From IMG/VR virus record IMGVR_UViG_2645728010_000001: a stretch of 16,327 nucleotides of DNA. One strand, given 5' to 3'. Positions 1 to 7,573 of this stretch are shown here, one piece after another; within the stretch, counting starts at the first letter, position 1; each line of letters starts with the position of its first letter. Under the pieces are notes generated by a model, which saw nothing but the letters and a program-made list of their open reading frames with translations, did not search any database and had not been told where the DNA came from. A program made the translations under genes and the position numbers. Source of the DNA: a virus (Duplodnaviria; Heunggongvirae; Uroviricota; Caudoviricetes).

Positions 1-228
1 TTCAACTTCTCTCATTAGTTAGTGTGGCTTTTAGTCAAGTAAGATGACGTCTTGGTCTCGCTGATGCCTGGCGCTCAATCCAGCGATCAATTTCTTCCAG
101 GTTGTAAAAGCATGGACTGTTATCCCATGGCATACCGTCATGAGCGACATGCTTATATTCCCTTCCTTCCATAAACGATTTTTCCCGGGCCTTTTTTAAC
201 GTACCTTTTTTTATTCCTTTCAGCGCAA

Positions 229-735
229 TTAACTGCTCTTCGGATACATGGCGTTAACTTCTGGCATTTTCATCAACGCTTCAACGATATGTCCGTCGAA
301 TGTTGCCATGTCTTCCTGCAACAATTCCTGTGCGCTAATAACCATATCAACGGTGATGTTTTCACATGTGTCGAACTTAACCATGACAGCGTTCTGTACT
401 TCAGGGGCCAGCTTGTCAAAAGTGACGTTCATCGGATCGGATTCAGTCTCAACCGGGACAAAAGAAGCAGACTCCTCATCCCAGCGGTTTTCCTGCATAT
501 ATTCAGCATCCCATGAATCGAGGGCAGGGCGGGGTATGCCAGGTTTATCCTCGCAGACAATAAATTTATAAGCGCAGTCCTGAGCAGCCGGATAATGTTC
601 CAGGAACTGCCAGTGAAATTTTGCTCGAGCACGGCGTTCGTCGCCAGCTTCAATGGCTGTGGCTACAGCCACAGCGCCTTCTTCCCTTGTTGCCAGTTCG
701 TCAGGAATAGCGGCGCAAATAAAGACTTTACTCAT
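229..735 (-). CDS. hypothetical protein, distal gene of the dicB operon (ydfE-like position)
   Basis: 168-aa ORF, same strand and downstream of ydfD/dicB; balanced composition; plus-strand ORFs overlapping it look like shadows. Product not recognised. Confidence 0.5.
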   Translation of the reverse strand: MSKVFICAAIPDELATREEGAVAVATAIEAGDERRARAKFHWQFLEHYPAAQDCAYKFIVCEDKPGIPRPALDSWDAEYMQENRWDEESASFVPVETESDPMNVTFDKLAPEVQNAVMVKFDTCENITVDMVISAQELLQEDMATFDGHIVEALMKMPEVNAMYPKSS

Positions 736-828
736 TTTGTTTTAACCTCATGACAGATTTAAGGATGAACAAATCCCTGCCATTGCTGGCATATAAGAAT
801 GAAACCGGATATTTATTACGGAACTGTT

Positions 829-1020
829 TTAAAGACCTGCCGGGATTTCGATATTATCCTGGTGAATAACTTTATCGACCGGGTAACAGTTACCGGGAAT
901 TTTCTGTTCGGTTGCTGCAGTCATACACTCCTGCATTGTCCTGTGAACACTGTCTGCAATATCAACTGGCTCTCCGGAAACAAGAAAAACTGTCAGAACA
1001 AGCGCAAATGCTGAATTCAT
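829..1020 (-). CDS. ydfD: YdfD-like small protein (63 aa; K-12 YdfD reported as lysis-inducing)
   Basis: Internal ATG (MNSAFALVLTVFLVSGEP...) overlaps the dicB stop in an ATGA arrangement (translational coupling); 63 aa matches Qin YdfD size and position directly after dicB. Confidence 0.6.
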   Translation of the reverse strand: MNSAFALVLTVFLVSGEPVDIADSVHRTMQECMTAATEQKIPGNCYPVDKVIHQDNIEIPAGL

Positions 1021-1205
1021 TGTGTACATCCTTTTGGCATCAGACGTAAACGAGCCAGCATTGAAACAATGCATATTTTATTTAATAGCTCCCGTTCTTG
1101 TTTTCTCTTGTTAATGGCATCTTCAGTAAATACAGGGTTACTGATAGTGACACCAATTTCAAAACAACCTTCAGACGTATTAACGTTTGGTAATAACGTT
1201 TTCAT
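1017..1205 (-). CDS. dicB: cell division inhibitor DicB (MinC-interacting)
   Basis: 62-aa product MKTLLPNVNTSEGCFEIGVTISNPVFTEDAINKRKQERELLNKICIVSMLARLRLMPKGCTQ matches recalled DicB essentially end to end; lies about 175 nt downstream of dicF as in Qin. Confidence 0.85.
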   Translation of the reverse strand: MKTLLPNVNTSEGCFEIGVTISNPVFTEDAINKRKQERELLNKICIVSMLARLRLMPKGCTQ

Positions 1206-1379
1206 TATCGCGTCCTCAACAATGAATTTTGTGATGCAGTGCCTGGTGCCTCCAGGTGACGTTAACCAGTTAACAATTAACGCCGGATACAGAGAATCCA
1301 CCCATAACACTGTTTTTGGTTTTAACTGTTCCGCGTGCGCTTAGCCGCATTCACCGCATCACAAAATTCACTTTAAAAA

Positions 1380-1432
1380 CGGCGGCAGAGCAGTCACGGA
1401 GTAAAACTGATACCGCCAAACGTCACCAGAAA
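1380..1432 (-). ncRNA. dicF: DicF sRNA (ftsZ-targeting antisense RNA) with 3' hairpin and U-tract
   Basis: Minus-strand sequence UUUCUGGUGACGUUUGGCGGUAUCAGUUUUACUCCGUGACUGCUCUGCCGCC followed by UUUUU matches recalled 53-nt DicF; position between ydfC-like gene and dicB. Ends approximate. Confidence 0.8.
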
Positions 1433-1707
1433 ATTGATAACAGAGGGCGTTGCAGCGGGGTTGTCACTTAAGCGTATGGTCAACCTGACAACTCGGTGTC
1501 CTCAACGGGGAAGGAATAACCCCGCCATACTTACCGCCGCGCCATTTCGCGGGTTGCCACAACCGGAAGCGCACGGTCGAATTAAATTTAACGACACCGT
1601 ACAGTGAGACGAACTTCGCCGTGCGCTTTCGTGTTGTGTGCCTGCTTTTAACCACGTCAGGCGAGGTGGTATCCTTCTTATCCCGAATAACCAAGAAGGA
1701 AATCTAT

Positions 1708-1908
1708 ATGACTAAAGAAGAATTTGTCTCTTATATTTTTGATAAAACGGTTGAAATGTATGCCGCTACTTACGGGTCCTGTAATCCTCTGAATAAACCA
1801 GAGGGGAAAGATGATTTCGACAAAATTTACCGCTTCTTGGAGGACCGCTATATCAAAAGGTTAGAGGACGCAGGGATCAAATCCCCAGTGAAGTCACCAT
1901 TGTCCTGA
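1708..1908 (+). CDS. hypothetical 66-aa protein encoded antisense to the dicB operon
   Basis: ATG preceded by strong RBS (AAGAAGGAAAT, about 6 nt spacing); protein-like composition (MTKEEFVSYIFDKTVEMYAATYG...); 3' end overlaps the 3' end of the convergent 125-aa gene by about 30 nt. Confidence 0.35.
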   Translation: MTKEEFVSYIFDKTVEMYAATYGSCNPLNKPEGKDDFDKIYRFLEDRYIKRLEDAGIKSPVKSPLS

Positions 1909-2254
1909 GAACTTGCAGGACGTCATGATCGTAACTTCCATCCAAACCGCGACGGCAAATTGCTTCTCGTATTACCGGAAGCAGTTCGCTGGAAATCTCG
2001 GTGCATATTTCACCTGATAATACGCCTGGCTCAAGTGAGAATATTGGTGAACTTACGGTCTTGGTCTCGACAGTTTCAGAGTCAGTGCCAACATTATAAA
2101 GCTCAACGAAAGCGGTCTTGATTTTCCGGGCCAGATCTTTTGCTGGCTCGCTTGCAATATCTTTCCCGATTTCTCGCAGCACAGAATGCAATGTATGAGC
2201 TGCTGTTTTCTGTACATCAGACGGTAAATCTTTAAATTCCATCGTCAGCCTCAT
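1877..2254 (-). CDS. hypothetical protein, dicB-operon member (ydfB/ydfC-like position)
   Basis: 125-aa ORF on the operon strand; start overlaps stop of upstream small ORF (ATGA); alternative start MEFKDL at about 2242. Confidence 0.55.
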   Translation of the reverse strand: MRLTMEFKDLPSDVQKTAAHTLHSVLREIGKDIASEPAKDLARKIKTAFVELYNVGTDSETVETKTVSSPIFSLEPGVLSGEICTEISSELLPVIREAICRRGLDGSYDHDVLQVLRTMVTSLGI

Positions 2255-2406
2255 CAGTCAGTGTTTCTGGCTAACCAGCAACGCGCGCCAGATTCGGTTT
2301 TAAACGTTTTGCTTTTGGTATATGTCATCGCGGTGAACGTACCGTCCTGGTTGGGGAACACGCCACATACCAGAGATTCGCTGTTGCCAAGATCGATAGT
2401 ATCCAT
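2254..2406 (-). CDS. small protein, first gene of dicB operon (ydfA-like position)
   Basis: 50-aa ORF from ATG (MDTIDLGNSES...) with GAGG-type RBS; sits directly downstream of the operator palindrome at 2521-2538. Confidence 0.4.
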   Translation of the reverse strand: MDTIDLGNSESLVCGVFPNQDGTFTAMTYTKSKTFKTESGARCWLARNTD

Positions 2407-2520
2407 GCTGACCTCATTTCCCCTTAACGCCGGGGTAGCGGAACTGTTTGCTGAGAACACCGTGCGGTGTCTTGATGGAAAGTAATTTAGAATAACCTAA
2501 CATGAGAGGCAAGTGTTTTT

Positions 2521-2538
2521 TGTTAGATTGATCTAACA
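2521..2538. promoter_or_regulatory. palindromic operator TGTTAGA-N4-TCTAACA in dicB-operon control region (probable DicA site)
   Basis: Inverted repeat tgttagattgatctaaca, extended by flanking T5/A5, between the dicA stop and ydfA-like start; same half-sites as the site at 3032-3049. Confidence 0.5.
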
Positions 2539-2574
2539 AAAAGGGTGGGCGCAACTAATCACTTGAAAAGAATG

Positions 2575-2982
2575 TTATTTTATTGATTTATTTTTACGCG
2601 CTTTAAGCATTTCTTCGAAGAGTTTGTTGAAGTTTTCTACTCTTGCGCGCATTTCAGACAGCAAGGCTTCCTGCTCGGAAGATGGAAGAGCATCGAATAA
2701 TTCGATCAATTCTTTGTGGTTGGGAGTTAGCTCTGTTTCCACATGAAGTTCTTGTGCAGGCACTGGTGCCTTGTCTTCGTCACCAAACATTAGCCATGTA
2801 GGTGAGCACTTCAGAGCATCCGCTAAAGCAAACAATCGTTTTCCGACTGGCTGGGTTTCGTCTCTTTCCCATTGTGAAATTGTGACGTGAGCAACTCCAG
2901 CGAGGCGCGCAGCTTCTCGTTGTGTTAAGCGTAATTCTTTTCGTCGCGCCAGAACTCGCTGGCCTAGGGTTCTTGTATCCAT
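2575..2982 (-). CDS. dicA: DicA-like XRE-family HTH repressor (prophage immunity/division control)
   Basis: 135 aa; N-terminal HTH (LRLTQREAARLAGVAHVTISQWERDET), SPTWLMFGDEDK and C-terminal MRARVENFNKLFEEMLKARK segments match recalled DicA; divergent from a Cro-like gene. Confidence 0.85.
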   Translation of the reverse strand: MDTRTLGQRVLARRKELRLTQREAARLAGVAHVTISQWERDETQPVGKRLFALADALKCSPTWLMFGDEDKAPVPAQELHVETELTPNHKELIELFDALPSSEQEALLSEMRARVENFNKLFEEMLKARKNKSIK

Positions 2983-3004
2983 AGTTAGGTAATTCTAATT
3001 TTTC

Positions 3005-3049
3005 TTGACTTAGGTATCCCGCGCACAATAATGTTAGAAAAGTCTAACA
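3005..3049 (+). promoter_or_regulatory. dicC-type promoter (-35 TTGACT, 16-nt spacer, -10 AATAAT) overlapped by operator TGTTAGA-N4-TCTAACA
   Basis: Hexamers read directly; palindrome tgttagaaaagtctaaca at 3032-3049 overlaps -10/+1; GAGGGGG RBS and ATG follow. Confidence 0.5.
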
Positions 3050-3062
3050 AGAGGGGGCTTTG

Positions 3063-3290
3063 ATGCTTAAAGTTGACGCAATTACTTTTTTTGGCAGCAA
3101 AACAAAGCTTGCCAATGCCGCAGGAGTGAGACTGGCAAGTGTTGCTGCTTGGGGGATACTGGTTCCTGAAGGTCGCGCGATGCGTCTACAGGAGGCATCT
3201 GGCGGGGAGCTTCAGTATGATCCCAAAGTTTATGACGAATATCGTAAGACGAAGCGGGCGGGGCGGTTGAACAATGAAAATCACTCCTGA
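3063..3290 (+). CDS. dicC: DicC/Cro-like small DNA-binding regulator
   Basis: 75-aa ORF divergent from dicA-like gene with shared operators; size and organisation match DicC; my sequence recollection of DicC is imperfect. Confidence 0.6.
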   Translation: MLKVDAITFFGSKTKLANAAGVRLASVAAWGILVPEGRAMRLQEASGGELQYDPKVYDEYRKTKRAGRLNNENHS

Positions 3291-3795
3291 ACAGGCTCGT
3301 GAGGCTCTGGATGCCTGGATATGTCGACCAGGAATGACACAGGAGCAGGCGACGATATTAATCACTGAAGCATTCTGGGCTTTGAAAGAGCGCCCGAACA
3401 TCGATGTTCAGCGTGTCACATATGAAGGTGGCGCGGTTGATCAGCGAGCGCTTAGCGTTAATCGAGTGAAGATATTCGAACGCTGGAAGGCTATCGACAC
3501 CAGGGATAAGCGTGAAAAGTTCACAGCGCTAGTGCCTGCAATTATGGAGGCTATCCGGATTAGTGATTTCAGGTTGTATCGTGAGATCAGTGATGGAAAA
3601 AGTATTACGTACATGATCGCCGGGTTAAATAAAGAATATGGCGATGTGGTGGAATCCGGACTGCTTTTTGCAGATCCTGCCGTTGTAGATCGTGAAACTG
3701 ACGAACTTATAGAAAAAGCAATTGCTTTCAAGCTTGCGTATCGACAGCAATACCAACAAAAAGCTGGATGGAATTATGAGTCTTCTTTTTGCTGA
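3274..3795 (+). CDS. hypothetical early-region protein (possibly YdaT-like, a CII-type regulator)
   Basis: 173-aa ORF overlapping the 3' end of the cro-like gene and the 5' end of the replication gene; assignment to YdaT is by position only. Confidence 0.45.
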   Translation: MKITPEQAREALDAWICRPGMTQEQATILITEAFWALKERPNIDVQRVTYEGGAVDQRALSVNRVKIFERWKAIDTRDKREKFTALVPAIMEAIRISDFRLYREISDGKSITYMIAGLNKEYGDVVESGLLFADPAVVDRETDELIEKAIAFKLAYRQQYQQKAGWNYESSFC

Positions 3796-4741
3796 ACGCC
3801 CACTGGTTATAAACACGCAGCTGGCAATGAAAATCGGCTTAAACGAAGCCATTGTTTTGCAACAACTGCACTACTGGTTGAGAGATACCAACTCCGGTAT
3901 GGAATGTGATGGTGTTCGCTGGATTTATAACACAACGGAACAATGGCTGGAACAGTTCCCATTCTGGTCAGAGTCAACGTTAAAGCGCGCGTTTGCAAGT
4001 CTGAAAACGCTGGGGCTTTTGCGTTGTGAAAAGCTCAATAAATCAAAGCGCGATATGACCAATTTCTACACGATCAACTATGGGAGCGAGCTTTTAGATG
4101 GTGGCAAATTGAACGAATCCATCGGTTCAAAATGCGCCGCTCCATCAGGTCAAAATGACACGATGGAAGAGGTCAAAATGAAACGCTCCATTGGTTCAAA
4201 ACGATCCAATGTCATCGGGTCAAAATGGCCTGATGATCTTACAGAGAATACAACAGAGATTACTACAGAGAATAAAAACACTTTTCGTCCGGAAGCTTCG
4301 CAACCGGACCCGCAGACGACTGAACAGGATTTTTTAACCCGGAACTCCGACGCGGTTGTGTTTAGTGCGAAAAAACGCCAGTGGGGTAGCAGGGAGGATT
4401 TGGCGTGTGCGCAGTGGATCTGGGGGCGGATCGTGGGTCTCTACGAACAGGCAGCCAGTGATGATGGCGAGATCATGCGACCAAAAGAGCCTAACTGGAC
4501 TGCCTGGGCCAATGACGTGCGCACAATGCGGATGCTGGATGGCAGAAGCCACAGACAAATTTGCGAAATGTTTGGTCGGGTTCAGCGAGATCCATTCTGG
4601 GTAAAAAACATCATGAGCCCGTCAAAGCTCCGCGAAAAATGGGACGAACTGGTCATCCGCCTGGGACGTTCACCTGTACAGCGTTGTGTTAATCATATTT
4701 CTGAACCGGATACAGAAATTCCGCCTGGTTTCAGAGGATAA
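3776..4741 (+). CDS. phage replication initiation protein (lambda O-like organisation, iterons inside the gene)
   Basis: 322 aa from ATG 3776 (ORF open from 3722); central IGSK-encoding region coincides with five DNA iterons; located after the cro/CII-like genes. Confidence 0.65.
   Translation: MSLLFAERPLVINTQLAMKIGLNEAIVLQQLHYWLRDTNSGMECDGVRWIYNTTEQWLEQFPFWSESTLKRAFASLKTLGLLRCEKLNKSKRDMTNFYTINYGSELLDGGKLNESIGSKCAAPSGQNDTMEEVKMKRSIGSKRSNVIGSKWPDDLTENTTEITTENKNTFRPEASQPDPQTTEQDFLTRNSDAVVFSAKKRQWGSREDLACAQWIWGRIVGLYEQAASDDGEIMRPKEPNWTAWANDVRTMRMLDGRSHRQICEMFGRVQRDPFWVKNIMSPSKLREKWDELVIRLGRSPVQRCVNHISEPDTEIPPGFRG
4121..4280. repeat. putative replication origin: five iterons GGT(T)CAAAA(T/C)G at 23-24 bp spacing plus adjacent A+T-rich ACAGAGAATA repeats
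   Basis: Direct repeats begin near 4124, 4148, 4171, 4194 and 4218; followed by acagagaatacaacagagattactacagagaataaaaaca; lies inside the initiator ORF as lambda ori lies in O. Confidence 0.55.
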
Positions 4742-4781
4742 GTGTTGATTTCAGGTCATGAGGTAATTTTAAGGGGGAGTT

Positions 4782-5141
4782 GTGGCAAAAGTTTTTACAC
4801 AAGAAGAGCGGGAAAAAATTAAAGGGCAGGTGGTGGAACTCGTGCGCCAGAGCGGTCGTGAGACGTTACGGCAACTGGAAGCTAAAACAGGTGCGACTAG
4901 ATATCTGATGAGCGTTCTTGCCAGAGAGCTGGTAGCCAGTGGCGATGTATACAACTCCGGCTACGGGTTATTCCCGTCTGAACAGGCGCGTAAGGACTGG
5001 CAAAACGCCCGCAAAAAACTCTCGAGGGCAAAGGTGAAGAAACCTGCTGTGGTTGATCCGGACCTTATCTGGTCATTATACGTCAAGAGCAGGAGATTTA
5101 TGTGCTGGTTCTCAAATGCACGCTGGCTATTGTGGCTGTAA
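4782..5141 (+). CDS. hypothetical protein (119 aa), possible remnant of a replication-module gene
   Basis: GTG start after AAGGGGGAG RBS; N-terminal HTH-like segment; hydrophobic C-terminal tail; no recognised family. Confidence 0.4.
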   Translation: MAKVFTQEEREKIKGQVVELVRQSGRETLRQLEAKTGATRYLMSVLARELVASGDVYNSGYGLFPSEQARKDWQNARKKLSRAKVKKPAVVDPDLIWSLYVKSRRFMCWFSNARWLLWL

Positions 5142-5345
5142 TGGCAATTTATTGTCTTGTTATTGTTCTTATGGATCACCTTTCTGATTGATTTCATATT
5201 GGAGAGGTAACGGTAGTTAAGTAGAATGGCTGCGGGTGCTTGAGGCTATCTGCCTCGGGCATGAACACCAACGGCAGATAGAGAAAAGCCCCAGTTAACA
5301 TTACGCGTCCTGCAAGACGCTTAACATTAATCTGAGGCCAATTTC

Positions 5346-5558
5346 ATGCTAGACACATGTAGGTTAGCCTCTTACGTGCCGAAAGGCAAGGAGAAGCAGG
5401 CTATGAAGCAGCAAAAGGCGATGTTAATCGCCCTGATCGTCATCTGTTTAACCGTCATAGTGACGGCACTGGTAACGAGGAAAGACCTCTGCGAGGTACG
5501 AATCCGAACCGGCCAGACGGAGGTCGCTGTCTTCACAGCTTACGAACCTGAGGAGTAA
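5346..5558 (+). CDS. mok: Mok-like in-frame upstream extension of hok (modulator of killing)
   Basis: 70-aa ORF in frame with hok from ATG 5346 (MLDTCRLASYVPKGKEKQA-MKQQ...), the same architecture as recalled MokC/HokC. Confidence 0.45.
   Translation: MLDTCRLASYVPKGKEKQAMKQQKAMLIALIVICLTVIVTALVTRKDLCEVRIRTGQTEVAVFTAYEPEE
5403..5558 (+). CDS. hokD: Hok/Gef-family type I toxin (HokD/RelF-like)
   Basis: 51 aa MKQQKAMLIALIVICLTVIVTALVTRKDLCEVRIRTGQTEVAVFTAYEPEE; AAGGAG RBS 7 nt upstream; single TM helix plus conserved C-terminal Hok segment. Confidence 0.85.
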   Translation: MKQQKAMLIALIVICLTVIVTALVTRKDLCEVRIRTGQTEVAVFTAYEPEE

Positions 5559-5626
5559 GAGACCCGGCGAGGGAGAAATCCCTCGCCACCTCTGATGTGG
5601 CAGGCATCCTCAACGCACTCGCACTT

Positions 5627-5655
5627 AACCCGCTTCGGCGGGTTTTTGTTTTTAT
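5627..5655 (+). terminator. rho-independent terminator downstream of hok
   Basis: aacccgc-ttcg-gcgggtt hairpin followed by tttgtttttatttt; an additional perfect 8-bp hairpin (ggcgaggg...ccctcgcc) at 5567-5587 may be the hok mRNA 3' fold-back element. Confidence 0.6.
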
Positions 5656-5666
5656 TTTCAACGCGT

Positions 5667-5696
5667 TTGAAGTTCTGGACGGTGCCGGAATAGAAT
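5667..5696 (+). promoter_or_regulatory. candidate sigma70 promoter for the rem-like gene (-35 TTGAAG, 18-nt spacer, -10 TAGAAT)
   Basis: Hexamers read directly, about 80 nt upstream of the rem-like ATG. Confidence 0.35.
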
Positions 5697-5774
5697 CAAA
5701 AATACTTAAGTAGCGCGCAGGGATAAGAGGGATGGTCCCTTAAAGGGGAGAGCTAATTATCCGGAAGGATTCTG

Positions 5775-6026
5775 ATGATGAACATCGAAGAACTGCGTAA
5801 AAATTTTTGTGAAGATGGCCTCTATGCTGTGTGCGTTGAAAATGGAAATCTTGTTAGTCATTACCGCATTATGTGTTTGCGAAAGAATGGGGCTGCGTTA
5901 ATTAATTTTGTGGATGGTCGAGTGACAGACGGATTTATCTTGCGCGAAGGTGAGTTTGTCACTTCATTACAGGCACTGAAAGAGATCGGAATAAAAGCAG
6001 GCTTTTCAGCTTTTGCAGAAGAATAA
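5775..6026 (+). CDS. rem: Rem-like small protein (function unknown)
   Basis: 83-aa ORF with GGAAGGA RBS; size and position (hok -> rem -> ydfU -> Q) match Qin order. Confidence 0.5.
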   Translation: MMNIEELRKNFCEDGLYAVCVENGNLVSHYRIMCLRKNGAALINFVDGRVTDGFILREGEFVTSLQALKEIGIKAGFSAFAEE

Positions 6027-6092
6027 ACTCATCTACAATCTTGCGCGGGGCTGAACTCCCGCTGAGTAACACCGTGCCACCGGAGAAAACCG

Positions 6093-6371
6093 ATGGCACG
6101 CAACGTAAAATATTACAATTCTGATAATTCGCCCGTTCTTGTCTGCACGCACGAGCGGTATTCTCACGCATTCAAGTCTGAATGGTTCCAACACCCTCCA
6201 TGCACTGAAGAGCAGGCTGAATGGATAATTCAGTGTTACCGCAGGCGCGGATACGAGGTTAAGAAAGCCCTTAGTCTCGACTACCGTCACTGGATAATCT
6301 CAGTCAGATTGCCTTACTCCGAACGCCCACCGCGTCCGTCCCGTACATTCCAGCAACGCATCTGGAGGTAA
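6093..6371 (+). CDS. hypothetical protein (92 aa), possibly N-terminal part of a split ydfU-like gene
   Basis: ATG with GGAGAAAA RBS; stop TAA lies 1 nt before the GTG of the next ORF (GGAGG between). Confidence 0.45.
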   Translation: MARNVKYYNSDNSPVLVCTHERYSHAFKSEWFQHPPCTEEQAEWIIQCYRRRGYEVKKALSLDYRHWIISVRLPYSERPPRPSRTFQQRIWR

Positions 6372-6372
6372 C

Positions 6373-7023
6373 GTGCGGGTATTACTTCGACCTGTTCTGG
6401 TACCGGAACTTGGGCTGGTGGTCGTTAAGCCGGGCCGTGAATCCATGCCGGTATTCCACAATACCCGGGTATCCTGGTGGGCGGTCCGCAATCAGCTGGC
6501 GGACGCGCTACCGGAAGCGGTATTACGTCGCTCGCTGGGATTACCAGCGGAAAAAATCTGCTCGGTGTACCGCGAAAGCGACATCGTACCGGGAGAGCAG
6601 ACCGCCACCAGCATATTGAAACAGCGCACAAAAAATCTTGCACCGTTGCCTCACGCCCACCAGCAACAAAACCCATCACAGGAAAAGACGGTGGTAAGCA
6701 TCACCGTTGATCCAGAGTCTCCGGAATCTTTCATGAAGCTGCCTAAACGTCACCGGTGGGTTAAGGAGAAATACACACGCTGGGTTAAGACACAGCCGTG
6801 TGCTTGCTGCGGTATGCCAGCCGACGATCCGCATCATCTGATTGGTCACGGGCAGGGCGGAATGGGAACCAAAGCACATGATCTCTTTGTTTTGCCTTTG
6901 TGCAGAAAGCATCACGACGAGTTGCATACGGATACCGTGGCATTTGAAGAGAAGTATGGCTCCCAACTGGAGCTGATTTTTCGATTTATCGATCGCGCGC
7001 TGGCAATTGGTGTGCTGGCCTAA
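6373..7023 (+). CDS. DUF968-type protein with C-terminal Cys/His (HNH-like) motif (ydfU-like)
   Basis: 216 aa; C-terminal CACCG...DPHH...H...CRKHHDELH cluster; immediately upstream of Q as ydfU is in Qin. Confidence 0.55.
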   Translation: MRVLLRPVLVPELGLVVVKPGRESMPVFHNTRVSWWAVRNQLADALPEAVLRRSLGLPAEKICSVYRESDIVPGEQTATSILKQRTKNLAPLPHAHQQQNPSQEKTVVSITVDPESPESFMKLPKRHRWVKEKYTRWVKTQPCACCGMPADDPHHLIGHGQGGMGTKAHDLFVLPLCRKHHDELHTDTVAFEEKYGSQLELIFRFIDRALAIGVLA

Positions 7024-7040
7024 TTTTGTGGAGTAAGTTG

Positions 7041-7418
7041 ATGCGTGATATTCAGATGGTTCTTGAGCGTTGGGGGGCATGGGCGGCTAATAATCATGAA
7101 GATGTGACCTGGTCGTCCATTGCCGCCGGTTTTAAGGGATTAATTCCTTCAAAAGTAAGATCTCGTCCGCAATGCTGTGACGATGACGCGATGATCATTT
7201 GTGAATGTATGGCTCGCCTGAAAAAAAACAACAGCGATTTACATGATTTATTGGTGGACTATTATGTCGGCGGCATGACTTTTATGGCGCTTGCACGTAA
7301 GCATGGGCGATCTGATTGTTGGGTTGGCAGGATGCTCCAGAAAGCTGAGGGCGTAGTGGAGGGCATGCTGATGGTGTTGGATCTCCGATTGGAGATGGAT
7401 GCTGATTGTTCGAAATAA
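7041..7418 (+). CDS. late-gene antiterminator Q (short, QuuD/phage-82-like type)
   Basis: 125 aa from ATG 7041 with GGAG RBS ([24 protein letters not shown]...); cysteine-rich centre; followed by promoter-like region and intrinsic terminator as PR'/tR'. Confidence 0.8.
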   Translation: MRDIQMVLERWGAWAANNHEDVTWSSIAAGFKGLIPSKVRSRPQCCDDDAMIICECMARLKKNNSDLHDLLVDYYVGGMTFMALARKHGRSDCWVGRMLQKAEGVVEGMLMVLDLRLEMDADCSK

Positions 7419-7516
7419 TTAAAGGAAAAGTTGCTGTCTGATTTTCATTAGTCTAACATTTTAAATGTTGGAATCGCAACGTAGTTATTATCATATAACA
7501 GCTTATTTCCTGATTT

Positions 7517-7547
7517 AGCCAGCCTCCCCAAAGGCTGGTTTTTTTCT
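7517..7547 (+). terminator. intrinsic terminator downstream of Q (tR'-like)
   Basis: ccagcct-ccccaa-aggctgg stem-loop followed by an 8-T run; oriented for the plus strand. Confidence 0.65.
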
Positions 7548-7573
7548 AATAAGTATCATTTCGGGTGGGGATT

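Noticed and set aside
35-172. 45-aa minus-strand ORF downstream of the 168-aa gene
   Set aside because: No convincing RBS and too short to judge; could be a frameshifted remnant of a longer ydfE-like gene, so not called.
248-653. ORFs 248..571 (+), 289..516 (+) and 429..653 (-)
   Set aside because: Overlap the 168-aa minus-strand gene in other frames; Ser/Cys-rich or irregular composition typical of shadow ORFs.
1464-1694. 76-aa minus-strand ORF upstream of dicF
   Set aside because: R/K-rich low-complexity translation lying over a GC-rich hairpin-dense leader; more likely untranslated DicF precursor region than a protein gene.
3807-4604. ORFs 3807..3998 (-), 4334..4558 (-), 4356..4604 (+)
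   Set aside because: Lie entirely inside the replication initiator gene in other frames; no RBS; shadow ORFs.
6410-7080. ORFs 6410..6619 (+), 6425..6679 (-), 6477..6710 (+), 6676..7080 (-)
   Set aside because: All overlap the DUF968 ORF in a GC-rich stretch where open frames arise by chance; translations are Arg/Pro/Gly-rich without motifs.
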